Source: a virus (Duplodnaviria > Caudoviricetes). From it: a DNA stretch of 40,250 nt. Where the stretch lies: IMG/VR virus record IMGVR_UViG_3300014208_000018, positions 1 through 40,250 of that record. One strand, 5' to 3'. The position numbers and the translations under genes were made by a program. The notes under the pieces were generated by a model. That model did no database searches. It was not told the DNA's origin and was given only the letters and a program-made list of their open reading frames with translations. Shown one piece after another: positions 33,236 to 40,250 of this stretch (its first letter is position 1; every line of letters starts with the position of its first letter).

Positions 33236-36200
33236 TTATTTAATTAATCCCATTTCAATACCTCTTTTAGTGGCTTCTCTGGCATTTTTAACTATATCAT
33301 CAATTATTTTTTGTTGTTTTTCTTGATTTTGTAAATTTTCTATTGATGTGATTTGATGATCAAGGCGCTTTTTAATCTCAATTCCAGAATATTTAACATA
33401 ATTATAATATTCATCCTCTGTCATTGGCCGGCCATTTTTTGGCAAATCCTTACGTTCACTAATTGGCCTTATTTTTGTAGCCTTACTTGGTACACTGACC
33501 CATAGTTCATTCTTTGCCAAAAATTTGATTGTTTGATCGCTGGTTATTCTTACCGGTTGAAGTTGAGTGAGTGCTTCTCCTTTTGTCGGTTGACCAAAAA
33601 CATTAAGTTTTGGTTTTAATCCGGTTGTGATTCTTAAATTAGATAATATCAATTCTTTAAGTGTTCCTGTCTCATAAATTCCTTGATCAAAATATCGAGC
33701 AGTTTGTTTAAATAAATTAGGCACTGGTGATGTAATCTGTGAAGCTAAAAATCTTTTAAAATAATTTTCTCCTCCTTTTCCTACGTTTTGAACTGCGGTG
33801 ACTAGATCTGCTACACCACTTAGAAATGACATATCTAAAATTGAATTTGGTGTGTTTAATAATGCCGCCATTACTCTTTCTGATGCATCAGCATTTTGTT
33901 TTTCATATTTTGTAAAATCAAAATAATTTCCAACCAATGTCATTGGGATCGCCATTGGTCCCCAATTTTGGTAAGGATACCATTTGTCTCCTATTTTTAT
34001 TGAGTTTGGCCTCCATCCAGAATCTTGTAATTGTTTTTTCTTATTTATATTCGATGGTCCATTACCAGATAAATTATTTTCCATTGCTAAACTTGCAAAA
34101 TATCCCATGGCTATTGTCCCAAGTACGGCCCGGCCAAGTTCTTGATTCCTAGCGCGCGGTCTTAATTTCTCGATAACTACTTGTTTTCCCATGGCTTTTT
34201 CTATAAGTTTTCCTGCTGTTTTAAATGATCCTTCTGGCATTAATGCTCTTTTAATTCCGATCGGAGTCCAATCTAATGAATTATTAACCACGTTGGCCAC
34301 AATTCTTGTAAATGGTAAAACAAATTTTCCGCCTGGTATTTTTCTGGCAGCTCTACCCATAAATTCAGAAAGTACACCTATCACTCCAGCTGGCTTTTGA
34401 GTATAAGTTCCACGCTGTGCGAAATTATCAGATTGTTTTATTATTTCTTCTGTTGGTTTAGCGTTTAATTCTTCAGTGCGTTTTAATAATGCATCTCCTT
34501 TTAATCCTTCATTAATTGCTTGTTCGCGCGAGGCCGCTCGATTCTCCATTCCTCTAAATCCTTCCCTGAATAATGAATCTGTGGCCGACATAAATCTTCC
34601 GACATAATCAAATGAATTTAAAATATCTGCTCCAATTTTTTTAACGCCGGCAAATTGTCCTCCTTTTTCATATCCTAAAGTAAATTTAATAGGTTTAGTA
34701 CCTTTTTCTTCAAATTTAGAAGTTTCTCCTTTGGCCATAATTTCTTTAGCTTTTCCCCAACCTGATAATAATCCTTTATATAATCCGCCCATAGTATCTT
34801 TAAAACCTGATGGATTTATAATTCCCTCAACAGCAGTTTCTCCAATAAGTTGAGTAAAGTTTCCAAAAAAGTTTTTTATTTGAGTTGATTCTCCCGACAA
34901 AATACTCATATACCAAAGATGCCACATTTTGTCTGCGATCGTTGGTTCTAATAATTCTTTTGATCCTTTAGTAAATGCCTCTAAACTTTCGCCGGCCTTA
35001 CCATCAAGTTTTTTTAATTGACTTACCAAGTCAGTCATAATATCATTTTCTCCGGCCATAGCCTCAATATTAAACTGTCTAAAAATATGAGCCGCTTCAG
35101 TTCTAAATCCGGCCACTGCTTTCATTGTTCCTTGTAATCTAAATAATTTTGTTTTAACTTCTTGAAGTTGTTCCGGTGTTGCTGTTTCGGTGGTTATTTT
35201 CCTGACAGTATCTCTTAAATCTTGTGCTAAATCTGCCACGATCTGACGAGATTTAAAAATAGTTTCAGAATTGGCAATCGATCCTGGCTGAGTTTTTATT
35301 AAATCATCCGCACTGACTCCAATTTCATTGGCCAATGATTTTATATCTTCATTTGATTTTGAAATTCTTTGCTTTTTAAATTCTCCGCTTACTTTAGATA
35401 TTCCTTTAATTAAAGTTTCAACGTCTTCGGGTGCGTTGATTTTATCCGGGTTGAAAGCCGGCTTATTTTCAACAAATTTGCCTGTTTTAAGTCCAGTGGA
35501 GGCTATATGCCCATTTTTTGCCTCAATTTTGCCCCCTGGCTTGCCATGTGGCGCTACTTTAGTCCTTGGGGCGACTATCTCTGCTTTTTGGTTTATTTCT
35601 TCAATTTTTACCTTAATATCTTGCTTAAATTGTCCATTTTTTTCTTCTTTAATTTTTGGTAATTTTTCTTTTACTTCTTTTAACAAACGATTAACTTCTT
35701 CAAAATTTCTTTCGTTTGCTGCATGTTCAATATCTGCCATATAATCATCTGCCAAAGAAAGTTTTTTATTCGGTTTTTTATATGTATCTTTTGATTCTAA
35801 TTTTTCAAGTTCATTATATGTTCCAAAAATCTTTTGAAGTTTTGTTTGTATTTCTTTAGTCGTTTTTGATTCAATTAAATCTTTAGAAGTTATTCCTTTA
35901 ACTTCTATTATTTCTGGTTTTGGTTTTCCTTTCTGTTTTTCACTATAAAGTTCCACATATTCTTTGGCTTTTGCTTCAGCTTCTTTTTTAAGAAATTCTA
36001 TCGCTTCAGTTTTTGTAATTTTGGTGGATTGAATTTTAGTTCGGTCAAAAAATTTAATCTTGCCATCTGACAATTTTACCCCTATTTTTCCAAACGAAAC
36101 ACTACTAACCTTTCCTTCTCCTTCAGGAGTACTTACTTTTTTTCCTTTATAAAAAGCATTTAGATATTTTGTAATATTTTGTAATTCTATCGCGGTAGGT

Positions 36201-38389
36201 TCACCTCTCATTTTTCGTAATACCGCACTTCTTTCCATGGCGCCACCTTTTAATTTAGCTCCTTCATCGGCTCCAAAACGAGAAGCAAAACTTTTTGTTT
36301 TTTCTTCATGTAATTTTTTATATTCTTCCGCCAGTGTATTTGTTATTTCTTTTTTGACTTTTACAATTTTTGCTACCTCTTTTACTTTTTCGGCTATAAA
36401 TCCTTTTTCTTTGGCAAAATACTGAATAAAATTAGTAAATGCCGGAGCTGTATCTGCAGACTTTTTAGGATTGATTATTACTTCTCTCACGGCCGAAGCG
36501 AATTGTTCAGATTCTTTGGCCCGGGTTTCTTTTATGGATAATTTTTTAATATCATTATTAAAATTATCTACTAATTTTTTAACTGTAGATGTTATTTGTT
36601 TGGCCGTGGCATTTCCTTTTAATTGGTCAACAGCATATTTTGCCAATGAATCATTAATTTTTTCTTTATTCGCTTTATAATCCGGCAATAAATCTGATAA
36701 TTTAGAATTAACATCATTAACCAATTTTGTGTCAAAATAATGTCCCAATTCATGAGCAAGATTTGATGCTGTGGTTGATTTGGTTGTATAAATTGTGGCC
36801 TCTTGTTTTTTATAATTCCATTCAAATCGCGCGACTACCTTATTACCTTCAATATCTTTTCCAAGAGATTTGACTGTTTTATAATTTATATCTTCTTGTC
36901 CTTTTATAAAATTTTCAAGGACGAGTTTTTGATTTGTATTTACTTTTATTTTTCCTTCGGGAGTAGGAATTTCAATATTACCCGGTGTTTTAATAGGTGT
37001 TTCTTTGGCGACTTCTCCCATTACTTTTTGCGCTTCGATCGGAGTAATTTCTATTCCATCTGCTTGTCTTTGGGCTATTTTAGAAACAAGTTTTGATTTT
37101 AATTGTCCTGTTGCCAATTGTACTGTTGTCCCGAGCGGATCCATCATAAAACCAGTACCTGCTTTTACTCCGGTTGAAATTCCTTTTTGCACTTTTTCAG
37201 GAAGTCCTGTTTTTTTCAAAATAGATTCTCCGCCCTTATTTGTAAGTCCGAAACCTGTTTTTAATAATCCTAACATTCCGACAGTTGATAAAGCATTGGC
37301 GAATGGATTTCTTAAATTATTTTTAGCTTCATCTGATATCGGTAGTGCATCTACTGTTTCGGCCCCTACATAACCAAGTCCTTCTCCGACTTTTTGAAAT
37401 AATTTATCAGTTATATTTGCCGCCTGACTTATTACCGGTATTTTTGAAGTTTTGGCCATTTCCAATTTAGTCGTAAATCCCATTACGGCCGGAATCATTC
37501 CGGCAATAGCCGGAGCCATATCTAATGCCGCGCCGATTCTTTCAGATGTTTTTTTTGTTGGATTAAAAATATCACCAATTCTAATATTTGCCAAATTGGT
37601 GATAGATTCTGATGGCACATTAAAAGCAGTTTTTGCCATTCTGGTAATAAAATTATCTTTATCCGTTATAGGAAATTTAGCCGGAGTCATTTTTCCGGTA
37701 CTTGAATCATAAGATGGTTTTTCAAAAGTTTCCGGAGCTGTCTTTAATTCTGTTGGCCCAGTAAGTTTATATGGCGATGGGCTTTCGGCCATTGTTTTTT
37801 CTACCATTGCTTTTTGTTCTGATTGTTTTTTTTGTTCTTCAGTAGGTTCGTAAATATTTTTTGCTTTAGCATTTAAAGCATCCCATCCAGAATTGATTGG
37901 TGATTGATTTGTTTTGTTTGTTTCATTCGCACTCGATCCTATCCATTCTGATTTTCCGGATCCACCCTCTTTCTTATACATTTCTAAAACTGTATTTTTT
38001 TTCTGATCATAAGTCATTTTTTTCCAGTCTTCATCTGATATTGCTGTATGTGTCCACCTCTGTTGGCCGGATTTTGTATAAAATGGGCTTACTCCTTGCG
38101 CGATCGCATTATCCATTCCTTTAATTGTGGTATCTATACCATTTCCTGATAATTTTGCAGTATAATATTGTCCATTTGAAAATGAATCTCCTTTGGTATA
38201 ATCTTTTCCCTCGGTTAATCCTAAGGTCGCGGCCACGTCTGTGGTCATTGCCGTTGGATTATTATGGCGATCTGTTCTATAACCACCTTCTCCGCTACCG
38301 TTACCAGTAGGTGCAATTGGTTCTATTTTCTTTATTGATCCATAACCCAATTTATTTGTTGCTTGGTTATTTAATTCATCCCAATTCAT
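33236..38389 (-). CDS. Giant ejection-type polyvalent protein (1717 aa)
   Basis: N-terminal RTDRHNNPTA...EGG domain, zincin-like LAHELGH...EQFA, and C-terminal PF-x-R...G-x-LSG-x-GP...GWRPNSIKIGD region typical of large phage internal proteins. Confidence 0.7.
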   Translation of the reverse strand: MNWDELNNQATNKLGYGSIKKIEPIAPTGNGSGEGGYRTDRHNNPTAMTTDVAATLGLTEGKDYTKGDSFSNGQYYTAKLSGNGIDTTIKGMDNAIAQGVSPFYTKSGQQRWTHTAISDEDWKKMTYDQKKNTVLEMYKKEGGSGKSEWIGSSANETNKTNQSPINSGWDALNAKAKNIYEPTEEQKKQSEQKAMVEKTMAESPSPYKLTGPTELKTAPETFEKPSYDSSTGKMTPAKFPITDKDNFITRMAKTAFNVPSESITNLANIRIGDIFNPTKKTSERIGAALDMAPAIAGMIPAVMGFTTKLEMAKTSKIPVISQAANITDKLFQKVGEGLGYVGAETVDALPISDEAKNNLRNPFANALSTVGMLGLLKTGFGLTNKGGESILKKTGLPEKVQKGISTGVKAGTGFMMDPLGTTVQLATGQLKSKLVSKIAQRQADGIEITPIEAQKVMGEVAKETPIKTPGNIEIPTPEGKIKVNTNQKLVLENFIKGQEDINYKTVKSLGKDIEGNKVVARFEWNYKKQEATIYTTKSTTASNLAHELGHYFDTKLVNDVNSKLSDLLPDYKANKEKINDSLAKYAVDQLKGNATAKQITSTVKKLVDNFNNDIKKLSIKETRAKESEQFASAVREVIINPKKSADTAPAFTNFIQYFAKEKGFIAEKVKEVAKIVKVKKEITNTLAEEYKKLHEEKTKSFASRFGADEGAKLKGGAMERSAVLRKMRGEPTAIELQNITKYLNAFYKGKKVSTPEGEGKVSSVSFGKIGVKLSDGKIKFFDRTKIQSTKITKTEAIEFLKKEAEAKAKEYVELYSEKQKGKPKPEIIEVKGITSKDLIESKTTKEIQTKLQKIFGTYNELEKLESKDTYKKPNKKLSLADDYMADIEHAANERNFEEVNRLLKEVKEKLPKIKEEKNGQFKQDIKVKIEEINQKAEIVAPRTKVAPHGKPGGKIEAKNGHIASTGLKTGKFVENKPAFNPDKINAPEDVETLIKGISKVSGEFKKQRISKSNEDIKSLANEIGVSADDLIKTQPGSIANSETIFKSRQIVADLAQDLRDTVRKITTETATPEQLQEVKTKLFRLQGTMKAVAGFRTEAAHIFRQFNIEAMAGENDIMTDLVSQLKKLDGKAGESLEAFTKGSKELLEPTIADKMWHLWYMSILSGESTQIKNFFGNFTQLIGETAVEGIINPSGFKDTMGGLYKGLLSGWGKAKEIMAKGETSKFEEKGTKPIKFTLGYEKGGQFAGVKKIGADILNSFDYVGRFMSATDSLFREGFRGMENRAASREQAINEGLKGDALLKRTEELNAKPTEEIIKQSDNFAQRGTYTQKPAGVIGVLSEFMGRAARKIPGGKFVLPFTRIVANVVNNSLDWTPIGIKRALMPEGSFKTAGKLIEKAMGKQVVIEKLRPRARNQELGRAVLGTIAMGYFASLAMENNLSGNGPSNINKKKQLQDSGWRPNSIKIGDKWYPYQNWGPMAIPMTLVGNYFDFTKYEKQNADASERVMAALLNTPNSILDMSFLSGVADLVTAVQNVGKGGENYFKRFLASQITSPVPNLFKQTARYFDQGIYETGTLKELILSNLRITTGLKPKLNVFGQPTKGEALTQLQPVRITSDQTIKFLAKNELWVSVPSKATKIRPISERKDLPKNGRPMTEDEYYNYVKYSGIEIKKRLDHQITSIENLQNQEKQQKIIDDIVKNAREATKRGIEMGLIK

Positions 38390-38433
38390 TTTTTTAATTT
38401 TAAATAATTAAATTTTTTATTTTATTTATTTTT

Positions 38434-39495
38434 TTATTTTGCTCTTCCCCACCATTCTCCGGTATTTGGATTATGTCCTCCACCCAATGCTTGATCAATA
38501 GCTTCATTAGAAGCTTTTGGATATTTAGTTTTTAAAGCATCCCATGCTGTTTTCCAATCTAATGTTCCATTGTCTAATTTTTCAATATAAGTTGCTGAAT
38601 CAGAAAGAAAAGCATCGATTTCTTTATTATCAGTACTTTCTGGAGAATTTGTCGATTGCTTTCCTATTGGTCCAAGATTATCCTTGCTTGTTATCGCTCC
38701 TGTAGTTTTATCATATCCTACATTCCAAATATCTCCATTATCGTCGGTTACATGGTAATAAGAAGTATTGGTATTTTTAGAAGCAATTGGATTTCCCGTA
38801 TATCCGGCAGAATCCCAAAGTTTTTTCCTTTGAGTATCATCCATGTTATTCCACATATCGCTTGAAATAGCTTGACTGATTTGTTGCCGGGCATCATCTT
38901 TTAATTTTTCTTGCTGGGCCACAAGATTCTCTTTAGTTTTGGCCATTGAGTCAATAATTGTACTCATTTTATTAAATTCATTTTCAATCGGCTTAGATGT
39001 TCGTCCTTCTACAAAATCAATAATTCTGCTTGTTAAATTTCCACTTGCATTCTCTGGTAGTACTCCCTGATCAGATAAACTTTTAAATGTCGTAGTTAAT
39101 CCAGATTTCGTTCCTTGTTTTACGGCCAGATTAGATGCCTCTCCAAGCATTATTTTTAATAAAGTCATCTGGTCAATATTTCCTGCAGGCAATTCAGTTT
39201 TTGGTACGGTTATAGATGCCGATGGAATAGTTCCAGCTGGTGTATCTGGTAATGTCTTATCTATATTTCCTACTGTTTTTTTAGATTCTATCGGCGGCAA
39301 TGTTTTATCTAAACTTCCTGATGGTTGTTTTATTGAATTTATTGAATCTGGAATAGTTAAAGTTTTACCGGCAAAAATAAGGTCGGGATTTTTAATATTT
39401 GGATTTGCTTGCCAAATATCTTTCCAATTCATTCCGTATGATTGTCCTATTTTGGTTAAAGTATCCCCCGGTTTAATGACGTATGATTGTGGCAT
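38434..39495 (-). CDS. LysM-domain virion/ejection protein
   Basis: YVIKPGDTLTKIG...I-x-x-AN-x-x-IKNPDLI-x-x-G-x-x-L-x-IP LysM at the N-terminus. Confidence 0.85.
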   Translation of the reverse strand: MPQSYVIKPGDTLTKIGQSYGMNWKDIWQANPNIKNPDLIFAGKTLTIPDSINSIKQPSGSLDKTLPPIESKKTVGNIDKTLPDTPAGTIPSASITVPKTELPAGNIDQMTLLKIMLGEASNLAVKQGTKSGLTTTFKSLSDQGVLPENASGNLTSRIIDFVEGRTSKPIENEFNKMSTIIDSMAKTKENLVAQQEKLKDDARQQISQAISSDMWNNMDDTQRKKLWDSAGYTGNPIASKNTNTSYYHVTDDNGDIWNVGYDKTTGAITSKDNLGPIGKQSTNSPESTDNKEIDAFLSDSATYIEKLDNGTLDWKTAWDALKTKYPKASNEAIDQALGGGHNPNTGEWWGRAK

Positions 39496-39531
39496 AATTA
39501 TTTATTTTAATTTTTTTAAATTATTAAATTA

Positions 39532-40250
39532 TTAAAGACTAGATCCAAGTAAAGCATTGGCTCTTTGTAAAATATCAGTGCCTTTTTCTTCTCCAATTGT
39601 TCCTTTTATATTTCCAAGTAAATATGACGATGAATTATTTATATTTGTGGTCGTGTCTGTAGATCCAAGATAGCTTTCTACTTTACGAATTATATCTGTT
39701 TTATTTTCTCCAAGTTTCTTCTTTAAATTATTTATTTGTGAAGTAATATCAGTTATACTTGAATTTGCATTGACTCCAAGATCTCTTAATTGTTTTGCAT
39801 ATTGTCTTTGAGTACTTTCAACTACTCCGGCATTAGATTTCGCCAATTGTTCACCAGCTTGAGTTTTAATTGATGACGAAGACAATCCTTTCGCGGCCAT
39901 ACTTTCTCTTAACGCAACAAGGTCTTGATCATATGTATCTTTTTGTTTAGCTAGTTCTGCTTGCTGTTCTGTTGTCAAATATCCCTTATTGTATGTCAAA
40001 TTATCGGTTATTTCTTGTGATCTGCGACTTAGTTCAGCTTCATTGGTGGCCTCATCTGTTTCAAGTGTTCCCAATGCTCTATTTGTTTCGTCTTTAAGTA
40101 CATTTAATTTTTCTTTCCAATATGGATCTGCCTGTTCTCCTGCCAATTTAAGTGCATTTTGAAATTCTGTTTGTTTCGCGACATCTTGACTATTAGTTAT
40201 ATTCCAATAGTAAGCTATGATCGCTTTATTGTTGTCATCCAATTGATTAA
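39532..40250 (-). CDS. 3' coiled-coil part of the 555-aa junction-spanning protein
   Basis: In frame with 1072..1 through the terminal repeat; Q/E/A-rich helices and AAKGLSSS motif. Confidence 0.85.
   Translation of the reverse strand, partial: NQLDDNNKAIIAYYWNITNSQDVAKQTEFQNALKLAGEQADPYWKEKLNVLKDETNRALGTLETDEATNEAELSRRSQEITDNLTYNKGYLTTEQQAELAKQKDTYDQDLVALRESMAAKGLSSSSIKTQAGEQLAKSNAGVVESTQRQYAKQLRDLGVNANSSITDITSQINNLKKKLGENKTDIIRKVESYLGSTDTTTNINNSSSYLLGNIKGTIGEEKGTDILQRANALLGSSL
40128..40250. repeat. Direct terminal repeat, copy 2
   Basis: Identical to 1-123. Confidence 0.97.

Noticed and set aside
183-38865. All plus-strand ORFs in the track (e.g. 2925..3377, 10451..11032, 29699..30085, 35328..35744)
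   Set aside because: They are antisense shadows of long minus-strand genes, with no recognisable motifs.
1-40250. Alternative genetic code (TGA or TAG reassignment)
   Set aside because: Long genes are intact in code 11, TGA ends genes at 5087 and 24325, and TAG ends genes at 12053 and 26734.
1-40250. Complete DGR, retron, CRISPR array or integrase
   Set aside because: No RT motifs, AAC-rich template repeat, spaced direct repeats or recombinase motifs were seen. Manual scanning could miss a very divergent element.

Overview
The window looks like one complete circular genome of about 40.1 kb from a tailed phage. Bases 1-123 are identical to 40128-40250, and a 555-aa gene reads in frame across that junction. 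It is AT-rich, uses the standard code, and every credible gene is on the minus strand. From a consensus sigma70 promoter at 32447-32420, the order is: early genes (small HTH protein, replisome-organiser-type initiator, SPPY methyltransferase, Rad52/Sak-like annealase, PD-(D/E)XK exonuclease, DUF736-like SSB), two probable DGR target genes, YopX, a 3D-domain protein, a structured RNA with a terminator, then late genes. The late block is NinG-like nuclease, ParB-methyltransferase, TerS, peptide deformylase, TerL, portal, scaffold, major capsid, fibres, adaptor/nozzle and ejection-type proteins including a 1717-aa polyvalent protein, then amidase and holin. No tape measure or tail tube gene was seen, which suggests a podovirus-like virion. 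No integrase, DNA polymerase or reverse transcriptase was recognised. Missing Shine-Dalgarno motifs plus sigma70 promoters and DnaA boxes suggest a Patescibacteria (CPR) host; this is inference. The most notable signals are: two A-depleted DGR-type variable regions with no RT or template repeat in the genome; an RNA that can fold as a circularly permuted tRNA mimic ahead of the late genes; a second switch-like RNA in the head module; a G10 tract inside a methyltransferase; and DnaA boxes next to promoters. All family assignments come from motif recognition by eye, not database searches.
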